Assembly: GCF_006345805.1 (NCBI RefSeq)
Contig: NC_043005.1
Location: 57,164,001 to 57,228,000 of the forward strand
Length of the DNA stretch: 64,000 bases
Reading direction: 5' to 3'
Source of the DNA: Octopus sinensis
Taxonomy: Eukaryota
Every line of letters begins with the position of its first letter. Position 1 is the stretch's first letter. The translations under genes and the position numbers were made by a program. The notes under the pieces were generated by a model. It was not told the origin of the DNA. It searched no databases and was given only the letters and a program-made list of their open reading frames with translations. Of the stretch, positions 25,441 to 39,104 are shown one piece after another.

Positions 25441-26865
25441 GATTGATTTGATTCTAGTTTCAGCTTATGAGCTGTGGCCATGCTGGGGCAACCGCCATTT
25501 GGTGTTGCTACTTGGTTTCACTTCATGGAGGCTTTCTAGCAACTGCTATTTGGTGCATGAGAGAGTTCGATGCAGCTGCCCTCATCTGCCCTCCTGCCGT
25601 GAAGTTGGTTCATCTGGGACACCTGACAGGAAGAGATCCAGCTCCATTTTAAAGACATCTGTATCCACCCCATGCAGGTCTCTCAGGTCTTCGGGAGGAT
25701 ATGAAGAGCTGTGGGCTCGGAAGCCCAGGCTATCACAGAATCTTGTCCTACATCTTGATGGCAAGTTTGGAGTCCTAGGCACCACGCAGTGGCGCCCAGT
25801 TCTGGCATTTGCGTAACTCTCGATGCCAAAGTTCAGGACACGTCCCTCCAGGATCTTCCAGATGTATTTATGGCATATCTTTCCCGCCTACGCTCCAGGA
25901 ATATAATTTTAATCTCTTGAGTCTTTCCCAGTAGCTTACATTCTGCATAGAGGCTATCTTCGTGTAGCTTTCGGATCGCCTCAAGTTCTGTGATCAACTT
26001 GACACTGGATGGTGACCATAGCTGAGAGCAATAGTCAAAGTGGCTTAGGACAAGTGTCTTCCAGAGGACCATCATGGGTTTTGTTCTCTTGTTCTAAAGG
26101 TTCTAAGAATCCATCCAGCCAGCCGTCTGCATTTCATTGTCAGTTTAGCAACATGTACATGAAAGGTCGCGTCATCACTCATGTGAATACCCAGGTCACG
26201 CACTGATTGTGCCTCTGGGATTGCAATCCCTCCGGGTCCAGTGTATTCCTTGAGTATTGCATTCAGTTTTGCATGCTGATAGTAAAAAGCTTGAAACTTT
26301 TCAACATTGAACTGCATGCTATTCTTTTCAGCCCATTTGTATATTCGTCCAGCTCATATTGCAGGGCTTAGTGTCTTCAGGGTTCTGTATTGCCTGTGAA
26401 ACTTTGTATCATCTGCATAACTTTGATCGTGGCTCTCCGCGTGGCTGAGGGCATGTCTGAGAGGGCCATTATGAACAGTAGTGGTCCCAAAACAGTGCCC
26501 TGTGGAACACCGCTCACTATTTGCGTGCTATGGAAGTGGCCCATTGGCTACTACCACCTGACTTCTATTCTTCAGAAAGTCGTGAAGCCATTCTCCTAGT
26601 TTTCCAACTATGCCAAGATCACGCAGTTTGTGACATATCATTCCATGATCGACTTATCGAAGGCCTTTGCGAAGTCGAGATATATGACTTCCACATTTGA
26701 GTGGTTGAGCAGTTGTTTCAGCACCCAGTCATAGTGCTGCAGGAGCTGATTAAGCAGCTTCTTCTGGTCGGAAACCATGTTGGGTGTCAGGCAGCAAGTC
26801 ATTTCTTCAAGGAAGGTGATTAGTTTCCTTCTGACTATTCGTTCCATGACCTCCTTGCTGATGTG
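25441..26865 (-). mobile_element. 5'-truncated, frameshifted CR1-clade LINE (RT to 3' end)
   Basis: IYLDFAKAFDK, SGVPQGTVLGPLLF, YADDTK, VRDLG, LVLSHFDYCSQLWSP and FKMELDLFLSGVPDEP on the minus strand. Confidence 0.9.
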
Positions 26866-26884
26866 TGAGGTGTGAGGTGTATAT

Positions 26885-26960
<76 letters not shown>

Positions 26961-27234
26961 TTAATAAGGGTGAGAGAATTAGATACTAATTTAATAGTAT
27001 ATCTATTCTACACCAAGTGGCCTAGTGCTCTGAGAAACCTGGATTATTATAATATTTTATAATATATTTAAAATTTTTACAAAATAAATATAAGAGAGTG
27101 GTCACTATATGGCTCACTCTAGCACCAGTTAATCCAATAGGTTTCAACCACAAAAATACATGTTTCCCATGAAAGTCAGTACGATTGTTAGCTCACACGG
27201 ACAGGCAAATAAAAAATAACAAAAATACAGATTA

Positions 27235-27316
27235 TTTTGGGACAATTGTTTCGCTATTAATGAATTAAATGTAATTTTAACTTACAAAAAATCCACTTGT
27301 AGCTCCTCAGCCAAAA
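27235..27316 (-). ncRNA. Type I hammerhead ribozyme, array unit 1
   Basis: ttttgg-CTGAGGA-gcta...tagc-GAAA-caattg-TC-ccaaaa (GUC triplet). Confidence 0.9.
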
Positions 27317-27766
27317 CTATCTGGATGAATACACTCAATCACACGCCAGATTTTATCATAACGATAAATACGCGTGTGGTTCAATTGATTACATCCGACG
27401 TTATAATTCAAATGCCCCAACTAACAGCGCGCCAAATTTTCACGGAAAACAAATACAGCATTTAGAAATAAATGCAGCATAATTATAATTAATTAATAAG
27501 GGTGAGAGAATTAGATACTAATTTAATAGTATATCTATTCTACACCAAGTGGCCTAGTGCTCCGAGAAACTGGATTATTATAATATTTTATAATATATTA
27601 TAATTTTTTACAAAATAAATATAAGAGAGTGGTCACTATATGGCTCACTCTAGCACCAGTTAATCCAATAGGTTTCAACCACAAAAATACATGTTTCCCA
27701 TGAAAGTCAGTACGATTGTTAGCTCACACGGACGGGGCAAATAAAAAATAACAAAAATACAGATTA

Positions 27767-27850
27767 TTTTGGGACAATTGTTTCGCTATTAATGAATTAA
27801 ATGTAATTTTACTTACAAAAAATCCACTTGTAGCGGCTCCTCAGCCAAAA
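27767..27850 (-). ncRNA. Hammerhead ribozyme, array unit 2 (3-nt insertion at the base of stem II)
   Basis: As unit 1, but CTGAGGA-gccgcta. Confidence 0.78.
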
Positions 27851-28297
27851 CTATCTGGATGAAATACACTCAATCACACGCCAGATTTTATCATAACGAT
27901 AAATACGCGTGTGGTTCAATTGATTACATCCGACGTTATAATTCAAATGCCCCAACTAACAGCGCGCCAAATTTTCACGGAAAACAAATACAGCATTTAG
28001 AAATAAATGCAGCATAATTATAATTAATTAATAAGGGTGAGAGAATTAGATACTAATTTAATAGTATATCTATTCTACACCAAGTGGCCTAGTGCTCCGA
28101 GAACCTGGATTATATAATATTTTATAATATATTATAATATTTTTACAAAATAATATAAGAGAGTGGTCACTATATGGCTCACTCTAGCACCAGTTAATCC
28201 AATAGGTTTCAACCACAAAAATACATGTTTCCCATGAAAGTCAGTACGATTTAGCTCACACGGACAGGGCAATAAAAAATAACAAAAATACAGATTA

Positions 28298-28379
28298 TTT
28301 TGGGACAATTGTTTCGCTATTAATGAATTAAATGTAATTTTACTTACAAAAAAATCCACTTGTAGCTCCTCAGCCAAAA
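28298..28379 (-). ncRNA. Hammerhead ribozyme, array unit 3
   Basis: Same intact core as unit 1. Confidence 0.9.
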
Positions 28380-28918
28380 CTATCTGGATGAAATACACTC
28401 AATCACACCGCCAGATTTTATCATAACGATAAATACGCGTGTGGTTCAATTGATTACATCCGACGTTATAATTCAAATGCCCCAACTAACAGCGCGCCAA
28501 ATTTTCACGGAAAACAAATACAGCATTTAGAAATAAATGCAGAAATTATAATTAATTAATAAGGGTGAGAGAATTAGATACTAATTTAATAGTATATCTA
28601 TTCTACACCAAGTGGCCTAGTGCTCCGAGAAACCTGGATTATTATAATATTTTATAATATATTATATATTTTACAAAATAAATATAAGAGAGTGGTCACT
28701 ATATGGCTCACTCTAGCACCAGTTAATCCAATAGGTTTCAACTACAAAAATACATGTTTCCCATGAAAGTCAGTACGATTGTTAGCTCACACGGACAGGG
28801 CAAATAAAAAATAACAAAAATACAGATTATTTTGGGACAATTGTTTCGCTTGAACCACACGCGTATTTATCGTTATGATAAAATCTGGCGTGTGATTGAG
28901 TGGATTTCATCCAGATAG

Positions 28919-29000
28919 TTTTGGCTGAGGGGCTACAAGTGGATTTTTTTGTAAGTAAAATTACATTTAATTCATTAATAGCGAAACAATTGTCCCAAAA
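28919..29000 (+). ncRNA. Hammerhead ribozyme in the inverted unit (A9G variant)
   Basis: ttttgg-CTGAGGG-gcta...tagc-GAAA-caattg-TC-ccaaaa. Confidence 0.78.
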
Positions 29001-29145
29001 TAATCTGTATTTTTGTTATTTTTTTATTTGCCCTGTCCGTGTGAGCTAACAATCGTACTGACTTTCATGGGAAACATGTATTTTTGTGGTTGAAACCTAT
29101 TGGATTACTGGTGCTAGAGTGAGCCATATAGTGACCACTCTCTTA

Positions 29146-29212
<67 letters not shown>

Positions 29213-29299
29213 GATATATATATATTATATATATATATATAATATATATTATATATATATTATATTATATATATCTATATATATATATATATATATAAT

Positions 29300-29332
<33 letters not shown>

Positions 29333-29336
29333 GTCG

Positions 29337-29619
29337 AGGCGCATGGCCTAGTGGTTAGGGCAGCGGACTCGCGGTCGCAGGATCGCGGTTTCGATTCCCA
29401 GGCCGGGCATTGTGAGTGTTTATTGAGCGAAAACACCTAAAAGCTCCACGAGGCTCCGGCAGTGGGTGCTGATCCCTGCTGTACTCTTTCTCCCACTCTT
29501 TCTTCTGTTGGCCTGCTCGCTTAGCCAGCGAGGTGGCGTCATTCGAAGGCTAAAACAATGCGAACGCATTGTGACCAGCGATGTGTAACAACATCTGATG
29601 GTCTGGTCGGTCACGTGAT

Positions 29620-29625
<6 letters not shown>
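29337..29625 (+). mobile_element. tRNA-derived SINE
   Basis: A box tggcctagtgg and B box ggtttcgattcc; ends ggtcacgtgatcacgtga in (TA)n. Confidence 0.85.
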
Positions 29626-29663
<38 letters not shown>

Positions 29664-30307
29664 CTAATGGGTATAGTGTGTTGAGGTGTTGAGTAGAGCA
29701 CACACACACACATTAATAAGTACCAGTCCAGTAAAATGTAATCTAGGCCATAGCCTAATGAAAGCAGAACACCGAACGCACGCTGTAGATAAGACTGGCT
29801 TAAAAAATATTTATTGTTGCAAAACAATTTACAGAAGATTTTTTAGATAGGAAACGAACCAATCAGAATTAACCATCATTCACACACATGCACGCACATG
29901 CGCGATAGGTTGAATGAAGCATAACACGTATCGGAGGTTCAAGTTGTAACACCCCTTTCTCCCCTAGTCGATATTATATGTCTGACCCTGATAGCGGTCA
30001 ACAGGTTTTGATATACGCTCTGATCGTCACAATGTAGGGTTGCTAGTTGTTTCTCTTGCATCCAAACTGTCGCTTTCACCCATTGAGGTTGTTAACCCAG
30101 CTTCCTCGTTTACTTCCGTTTGATAATTGATTACTCGAGACCAATAGTGATCTGAATGTCTGTGCACAACTTGACCACATTGTAAATGCAACTTGATTAA
30201 ACGTAAATTGACATATAGATCTTGGCATATTTTGTCGCTGATATTGTTGACAAACAGTGGTTTAATATATTCAGATAAGAGTAGAAATGTATCCTATATA
30301 TATATAT

Positions 30308-30660
30308 TATAGTCTCGGGCCGACCAGAGCCTTGTGAGTGAATTTCGTACACGGAAGCGGAAAGAAGACTGTCGTATATATATATACACAAATACACACA
30401 CACACATTTGTGTATATATATATACACAAATACACACACACACATTTGTGTATTTGTGTATTCGTGTGTCTGTGTTTGTACCCTGACCATCGTTTGGCAA
30501 CCGATGTTGCTGTGTTTACGTCCCCGTAACTTAGCGGTTTGGCAAAAGACACCGATAGAATAAGTACTAGGCTTACAAAGAATAAATCCTGGGGTTGATT
30601 TGTTCGACTAAAGGCGGTGCCTCAGCATGGGCACAGCCACATGACTGAAACAAGTAAAGC
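30308..30660 (+). mobile_element. SINE core and tail (family of 46812)
   Basis: ctcgggccgaccagagccttgtgag...taacttagcggtttggc...gactgaaacaagtaaa. Confidence 0.78.
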
Positions 30661-30679
30661 TATAAAAACTATGCGATTT

Positions 30680-30710
30680 AATCCAGAGCAACGCCGGGTA
30701 TCTCTACTAG
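30680..30710 (+). mobile_element. Helitron-like 3' terminus
   Basis: gagcaacgccgggtatctctaCTAG|T, similar to the end at 55181-55209. Confidence 0.55.
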
Positions 30711-30870
30711 TCCTAGATATTTTATTTTATACAGTTGGGTGAAATTTGTAATATAGTTCACTGGCTGCTATTTCTAGCCAACCAACTGAGCGCCTACTGA
30801 TTCCTTATATGTAAGAATAAACTTGACCTGACGTTATGTACATATGCACACCGTATAACATTTGTCAACA

Positions 30871-32634
30871 TATTACTAAATCGCTAGTTTTATCGCTCAG
30901 CAATTAAGTCCCGCCAGCTGTGGCACATCGATTATTGTCAGTGAAGGATGTTTATGTCACATCTTCAGTAATATAATTGAGTGTATATATTTAACAAACA
31001 CAGTTGAGGTAATATTTATACTTACATCCCTTCCTATCTGAACACGCACACACGCACACATACCTATTGATTTTACGTATCGTTATTTACAAAGGAGCAA
31101 TGAAACATTAATTGAAAGCTTTCCTTTTGTTCTTTGAATGTGCAATATCATGTTTTATTTTGATGATTCGGCAGTTTTCGCTTAGTTGCTTTGGCCAGAC
31201 TGATTTTTCCCCTTTGTCTGAGCAAAGGACTTTTTTGACACCCAATGTAATATGAGTTATTAGTTATTGCTGGACTGATATTCGAAGTACATCGTTTACT
31301 GTAAACTTATTCATTTCTCAGTGCTTCTATTTTCATTTACGTTATACACACACAAACACACGCGCACGCAGGCACAAACGCACGGAAGGCAATGCAAAAG
31401 TAAGCAAAACTTGGTGCTACTTTGGCGTATGATCTACAACTTCAAAGGCGATTCCTTTAGGTTAGTTTTTAGTTTCCTTATGTTGCAAAACTCGCGGCTG
31501 TCAAACTTGTGCGATCTAAGGCGCTTATTCTGATTATTATATTGTTTATAATTCTTGGTTTTTTATTATTATTTACTAAAATATAACTGAAACATGGTTT
31601 TATTATTATTAAAACAGTAAGAATTTTGAAAGAAATACATTTACAATACTAAGTATGTACACAAGAATTTATTATAAAAATCTGTAGCCAATATCTTAAA
31701 TCTTTTTAGAAATTTAAAAGTAAACTAAAAAGTAACTTAAAGTAATCGCCCTTTAGGTTGTAGATCACGCGCCAAAATAACACCCAAAACGCTATGTACT
31801 GACAAATTGCACATGTAGGTAAAGTAACTCTTCTCCTTGATCTTCACTGCAGGTACATTATAACTTCGAAGTAGAAGCAGCGTACCATCACTGAATTCTT
31901 TACAAAAGAAGTCTGCAGATGGTCCAACACACATAGACAGTTATATGTTGTTTAATAGAGATATCATCACTGCCAAGAGCAATGTATGTATGTATAGATG
32001 GATTTTAAAGCAGGGGAATACAGCGTTGGAGACAACCACACAGTGGGAGATTATCGATATGATCACTGGCACGAGTCACCAGCGAGAGAACAAATTGGTT
32101 CGCGCAGACAGACGAGTCAATCAATAAGCTTGTTGCACGATTGGATTGTGGTCACTAAGCATTACAGATGATGGCAGAAAACTTTGGTATGAGAAGAAAT
32201 GAGAGCACAGCGGGTATTCGGCAGCTGGACAGTGATTTGAAGGAGAGTAAGTAGAAGTCCTTTCTGATCAGTTTGGAAGCATTTGAAATCAGAAAAAGTA
32301 TGACTTTTTCCCCGATCTTGTTATAAGGGCCATATCTTCGTGATTCAGAAATGAAGGCCTTGTCTATTACTAAATCGTTAGTTTTATCGCCCAGCAATTA
32401 AGTCCCGTCAGCTGTGGCACATCGATTATTGTCAGTAAAGGATGTTTATGTCACATCTTAAGTAATATAATTGATTGTATATATTTAACAAACACAGTTG
32501 AGGCAATATTTATACTTACATCCCTTCCTATTTGAACACACACACACACGCACACATACCTATTGATTTTATGTATCGTTATTTACAAAGAAGCAATGAA
32601 ACATTCATTGAAAGCTTTCCCTTTGTTCTTTGAA
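30871..32634 (+). repeat. ~268-bp dispersed direct duplication (30871-31138 and 32365-32634)
   Basis: tattactaaatcg.tagttttatcgc.cagcaattaagtcccg...ttgttctttgaa is present twice. Confidence 0.88.
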
Positions 32635-33155
32635 GTGTTATGGTATAGGAATACCATAACACCTCTTCTCCAAGGCCTAAGACATTCAAGAGAATGCGAT
32701 CGACACAGAAAGTCATGCGTGACAAGCGCTCTGATTCTCCTTGATTTTCTGGAACGTGACCGCACCGTGAACAGCGAGCGGTTTGTTGACATACTAAAAA
32801 ACTTAGACAAGCCATAAAGTAGGAAGTGACCGAACAAAAATCAGAAAACTATCCACATTTACCGTAACAATTTGCGACTGCGCACAAATCTTGGCAACTG
32901 ATCAATCAATTTGCAAATTGATCTATAGATGGGGAACTACTTCGCGGCCCAAATCTGGCGCTCTACGACTTCTACCCGTTAGATCCAACGAAAAACAATC
33001 TTCAAGGACAACGATTATGTGACAAAGAAAAATTGAAAATGATTGCGAAAAAGTAGGTGCAGCAGCGCACGCCAGAATTTTTTCAAAGAGGATTTGCTAG
33101 TTGGATTCAATGATAGTGCAAATGCATCGTTTGTGATGGAGACTATGTAGAATTG
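31900..33155 (+). mobile_element. Highly decayed mariner transposase remnant, interrupted by the 32365-32634 copy
   Basis: DFLERDRTVNSERF, PNLALYDF and KCIVCDGDYVE C-terminal mariner-like motifs. Confidence 0.6.
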
Positions 33156-33801
33156 TACTTTAATATAGAGGAAGATTAACTTACCAATATGTGCAATTTG
33201 ACCGATCTGTACCTCTTAAGTAAATGTTACGTCAATTTTTGCATTAATTTTGATACAAACTTCGTGTATGTGTATGTTTGTGTGTGTGTGTGTGTGCGAG
33301 TCTGTGTGTGTGTGTGTGTGTATGTGTGTGCGTATGCCATAAAAAGTGAAGGCGTTTTAAAAGAAATAAACACAAAATGGTATTTAATAAGTTCATCGAC
33401 ACAACATAACTGTATCGACAAAGCGATTGGATGTTGTCAAACACCGCTGGTCATAATGCGCTTTCTCGCATTATTTTATGTTTTGAATGATACTACCTTA
33501 TTGGCCAGTTGAGCCGGCCAGCATTCATCTTGGACGGAATGTCAGTTGGTCGCAGGGTTACTCATTTATAGCTGAGTGAAATGAAACAACGTGAAATAAA
33601 ATGTTTTGCTCTAGAGCACAACTTTGGTCTGGGGATGAAACCACGATCTTGCAATCGTGAGCGCAACACCCTACCATTAGGCCACACACCTTCACCGACG
33701 TAGCATACATTCTATATGTTTGGTATAATCTTATGTAGTAAAATCAGAACCAAACACGAGAGAAATTTTTATATGAATGGTTTTAATATTTTTGTTGAGG
33801 T

Positions 33802-34120
33802 AAGGCAGAGAGCTGGCAGAATCGTTAGCACTCCTGACAAAATGCTTAGAGTCATTTCGCACACAATTACGTTCTGAGTTCAAATTCCAATGAGGTCGAC
33901 TTTACCTTTTATCCTTTCGGGCTCGATAAAATAAGAAGCAGTTGAATACCGGGGTCGTTGTAATCGACTTACCGTTCCCGGAAATTGCTGGTCTTGTGAC
34001 AAAATTTGAAACCAATTCTTGATGAGATACAGCGATGAGCTGGCAGAATCGTGAGAACTTCGGGCGAAACGCTTCGTAGTATTTCATCTGTCTTTTCGTT
34101 CTGAGTTCAAATTCCGCCAA
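33802..34120 (+). mobile_element. Two 'ggcagaatcgttagc' SINE copies
   Basis: gagctggcagaatcgttagc...tacgttctgagttcaaattcc. Confidence 0.7.
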
Positions 34121-34228
34121 TATTTTATTGAGGCGAAAAGAATAAAAATTTCTTATTTAATTGTTAAAGATTTCTCCAACTAGTATTTTAATAAATCACT
34201 GAGCTTGCGCCGCGAAAAATTACAGCGA

Positions 34229-34270
<42 letters not shown>

Positions 34271-34730
34271 TTATTGATACTTGAGTTATGCCAAGGAATG
34301 CGGAGAAAGTCTACGAAATTTACTGCCCATACTTCGGTTTATATCACCGACAAAATCCTTTGAAAATGTTCGTAGATAAAAGAAGTTGAATTCGTGGCCT
34401 TTCGTTAGTTCGACGATTGATCTACGTGATGAACAAAATTATGTAAACAATAAATACAAATTAAAAATTTATCGGGACAAATAATTACTTGTGTGTGTGT
34501 GTAAAATTTTGTCGGTGTGGGGTAAAAAAGAAACCACTTCTCTTTCATATCTCTTTCTGCCACTATTACACGTTAGTGGATTAGAAACGAAACACATACA
34601 TACATACATACATACATACATACATACATACACGCATCACGTGTACACACTCCTATCTATACACATAAATAAACACATATGTACATAAATATATATTTAA
34701 ATGTATTTACATATGACTCCTCACAATGAT

Positions 34731-34812
<82 letters not shown>

Positions 34813-34885
34813 TATATAAACACAGTAGATAACGAAGTGCAGTGTAGTGTGTGTGTGTGTGTACATATGAGTATTTTTGTATATA

Positions 34886-36099
34886 CACAGACATGACAGA
34901 AAAAAATAAACACCCTTATAATCATTAAAATTTATTTAAATCTGAAATCACGCATTCAAATTCTTTACTACTTATTATAATGTGAATATATAGTATTTAG
35001 TAGACATGCCCTTTGCATTTTTCAATGCAAGGACCCTATTAGACATGTTACTGATCAGATGACGAATGTTCATTTACGGAATTTGTTGCCAAGTTTCGTG
35101 CACTAATCTCAAAAGGTCTGGCTTTGATGATGCTTTCTTGTTCTTTTTATGAAGTGTCCTGTACATTATGGCTTATAGGTCTTCAATAGGGTTCATATTT
35201 CGTGACTGGTTTGGCCATGGAAACTTTTTAATGTTATTCTCATCCAAAACATCTCGGGTCATTTTAGCGGTGAGACAAGGAGCCCCATCTTCCATAAATA
35301 AAGAGACTTCTTTAATCATTTCACCACTAGAGAAGATTGGAAGGAATTCTTTCTGCAATATGGACACATATTTATCTAAGTTTATGTTTCCCTCAAACTC
35401 CACCAGCTCTGACCAAACAATTGCTCCAAATTGCCCCTCCCACCAGAATAGCCGCCGTGTTTCAGTGTTGGCAGCAATCTTTTCACATCAAATTCTTGAT
35501 CACAGAGTCTCCAGACCCATACTCAACCACTGTCAGGAAATACAGCAAATCTGAACTCATCAGAGAATATGACAGTTTGCCAAAATGCTAATGGTCTCTC
35601 CACTATCTCACTGGCCCAATCTTTTCTCAGCTTGATGTTGGCTGGTCGAAGTGGCTTCCTTCTTGCTGCTCTCCCATAGTAACCAAGTTAGTGGAGATAC
35701 CTGACAGCTGTTCTGGGACTAACATCAACTTTTACGTCAGAGGCCTTGCAACAAGGATTATCCTTCACACTTGTCTTAACAAAGAGAAGGGTCTTGGGCG
35801 AGGTGATGAAGACTCCTTCCTCTCTCGAGTGAATCGTACAATCACTCAATTAACTGTAGAAAGCGGGATCCCAAGGTTTTCTGCGATTTTACGCTGGCTA
35901 TGTCCACCTTCAGAATGACCCACAATACGGCTTCTTTGAAATTCAGACAGTTCCAAGGCTTCTTTTGTACATAACATGATTAAACAGTCACATATAAAAC
36001 CTGAAACATAAAAAATGCCAATAAAAAATACCATTTCAAAGTGAAATAAACATAAAACGGTGTTTTATGGCGTGTCTATTTACTTCCGTCATGTCTTTG
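34886..36099 (-). mobile_element. Decayed Tc1-family transposon
   Basis: TIRs cacagacatgac.gaaa..aata.acac. N-terminal [29 protein letters not shown]; FMEDGAPC..WPNQSRNMNPIEDL. Confidence 0.9.
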
Positions 36100-37231
36100 T
36101 ATAAGTATACTAAATATGAGCATATGATTTATACATATACATACGTATGTATATAGGTAAGTATAGAAGTACATATACATATGTATATATATTTAAGTAT
36201 ATATGTTTATGTACATATGCGTATAGTTATGCGTATAGATAGGAGTGTGTACACGTGAGTGCATGTATGTATGTATGTATGTATGTATGTATGTATGTAT
36301 GTATGTATGTATGGATGGATGGATGGATGGATGGATGGATGGATGGATGGATGGATGGATAGATAGATGTGTGTGTGTGTGTGTGTGTGTGTACATATAT
36401 GTATATATAGACTGGCGGATAGATGCTTATCTAGATTTGTATATGCTTGTATGTCCATGTATGTGTGCATGCATATATATATATAGAAAAAACAAAACGC
36501 AGAAGAAAAAAACAACAACTGTGAGCTAATTTTTATTTATTGCCTTTAAAGATTTCTGTGTCTTTCATTTATGCGCTTCTCTGGAACATTAAAGTCTTTC
36601 GTTTGCAGAAAGTAAAGATCCTACGCCCATCAATGACTCTAAACCTTCACAGTCAAGTTGAAGCGTTCGACCTTGCTCTGTGCTACTGCCGTTTTATCTA
36701 TTAACAAGAAGGAGCAATAGAACTGATGTGTGGTTAGTAGGCAATGGCAACATTAATATCTTGTCTGTACTATTGATTGACCGATGCACTCGTTCGACAG
36801 TTTCAAAGTGGATTTTCCCCACCTTGTAACGAGCGTACATGTTTGTGTACCATGAATATATGTTGTGTACCAATAATAAGGATTACGTCATTAAACTGTC
36901 TTACCTTGCTAAGGTATGACGGTGGTGGGAGAATCTTAGAAAATGTTGAGGGGATCTGAGAGTTTTTGAAGTTCCGAACAAACTGTAAATAAAATCCTTA
37001 GGATATAATAATAAAATTGATGACGATGATGATTAAACAATGATAATAAACTAGACTAGAAAGATAATTTAGCGCTGTCACGGTTTCATTGTTTAATCAT
37101 TATGACGATGATGATTAAACAATGATAATAAACTAGATTAGAATGGTACTTTAGCTCTGTCACGTTTTCAGTACGTTTAGAAGAAAAGTTGTTTCTTCAC
37201 TATGTAAATGTGTATACATGGTACGTGTATA

Positions 37232-37265
<34 letters not shown>

Positions 37266-37511
37266 CGTGTGTGTGTGTGTGTGTGTGTATGTGTGTGTGT
37301 ATGTGTGTGTGTAGTGCATAGTGTGTGTGGGTACACAAAATTATTACACGCCTGTTTCTCTGACATCACGCATCAGCAAGTCATTGGACGCATTGTCAAA
37401 GTGAAGCTAAAAAGAATATTACTCACCAACGCGGCACCAAGGCCTCCGCCAAGGAATTAACAACATCGCACAGGGGCCACAACTTTCCGATTGGGTATTT
37501 TAACAGTAGTG

Positions 37512-37820
37512 GAGGCGCAATGGCCCTGTGGTTAGGGCAGCGGACTCGCGGTCGGAGGATCGCGGTTTCGATTCCCAGACCGGGCGTTGTGTGTGTTCAT
37601 TGAGGGAAAACACCTAAAACCTCCACGAGCCTCCGGCAGGGGGTGATGGCAACCCCTGTTGTACTCTTTCGCCACAACTTTCTCCCACTCTTTCTTCCTG
37701 TTTTTTTTTAGTAACGCTGCGATAGACTGGCGTCCCGTCCAGCTGGTGGTGGTGGTGGTGGGAACACATACGCCACAGAAACCGGGAAACCGGGCCCGTG
37801 AGCCTGGCTAGGCTTGAAAA
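37512..37820 (+). mobile_element. tRNA-derived SINE
   Basis: gaggcgcaatggccctgtggttagggcagcggactcgcggtcggaggatcgcggtttcgattccc. Confidence 0.83.
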
Positions 37821-38117
37821 AGGCGAAGAAATATAAAAATTTCAACAGTAACTCAGTCACTCATATATAAATGCTATTATCTCGAATGAGCGAAAGGCTT
37901 CAATAAAGATGATCACGGAATGATATAGCTTATGTAGTTAGTGCCATTAGAATAACTGGAAAACTAGAGGAGTGGCTGCACGACTTTTTTAATTGCTTCC
38001 TTGAAAGGTTCGGAAACATATTAGCCTACGTGATCATCCCGTATACGATAGATGCGTTATTCGATTCCCGAAGATAATTCATTTGTGTGTGTGTGTTCTC
38101 TAGTACTAATAGACCTA

Positions 38118-38154
38118 AAAGGACCTGGTTCACTTGAATCCTGAACTTTTAAAT

Positions 38155-38226
<72 letters not shown>

Positions 38227-39072
38227 CAGTCGAAGAGCGTAGGATCAAAACGTCAAAGACTTTTTTATTCTTCCCAAGTGTCAAACTAACACATTTGCTT
38301 GTTGTTCTCTCCCCTGTCTTCGTCTTTTGCTTTCTGTAAATTTGAAATGTGTGTGCGCGCGCGCGCGCGCGTGTGTGTGTGCGCGCAGCAAAAACCAGTA
38401 TAAGCCCCGGCTTAATGGGCCTTAAGAATGGAGGCAAGCTTTTACGTTTGTAAAAAGTATAATGCTGAAACCGGGGAGCTGGCAGAATTGTTTTAGTATC
38501 GGATAAATTGCTTTGTGATATTAGTTCCATAATCGATTTAACCACTCACTTCAAAATTATTGGCCTTGAGCCTAAATTTGTAACATTACCCAAAGACAGT
38601 GAACTGGAAGAATTGTTAGCGCATCGGTTACAGTACCAGGCGGCATTCATTTCGACTGTATGCATTTTGATTTCAAATTTCGCCCGAGTCATCTTTACCT
38701 TTTTATCCTTCCAATTGTTCATACTAGTGAAGTACTCGGGGCGATGATGTTAAAAAAACTTATCATTAAATGCAAAAGTAGATTAATTTGATCTATATTC
38801 ATTTTCAACTTATAAAATAATCTAACATCTAAATTTTACCACTCGCCTCTCACTCGACTAAAAGTGAATGTTCTCGGACACACACATATAGGATGACACT
38901 ATCCATTTTTGTAAGCGCAGAAGAATGACTGGCGGTACATCTGAGAAGTAATTGCTTAAGTACGCCAATAAAACTTTGAGTAATGTAGGTCTGAGTTATC
39001 TTATCAAATACTTTTAAATTTTACAGCATGAGTTGAACGCTATTTTCTTTCATTTGCTTAGCTACACACACA

Positions 39073-39104
<32 letters not shown>

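Larger units (their letters stand above)
26953..29153 (-). repeat. ~530-bp tandem array (3.6 units) plus an inverted partial unit, each complete unit carrying an HHR (retrozyme- or pLTR-like)
   Basis: Units start at 26953, 27485, 28020 and 28548. Inversion at ~28850, inverted copy 28850-29153. Flanked by (TA)n. Confidence 0.9.

Noticed and set aside
29337-29410. tRNA genes (also 37512, 42502 and 44070)
   Set aside because: A and B boxes are present, but acceptor stems pair poorly and each runs into a SINE body.
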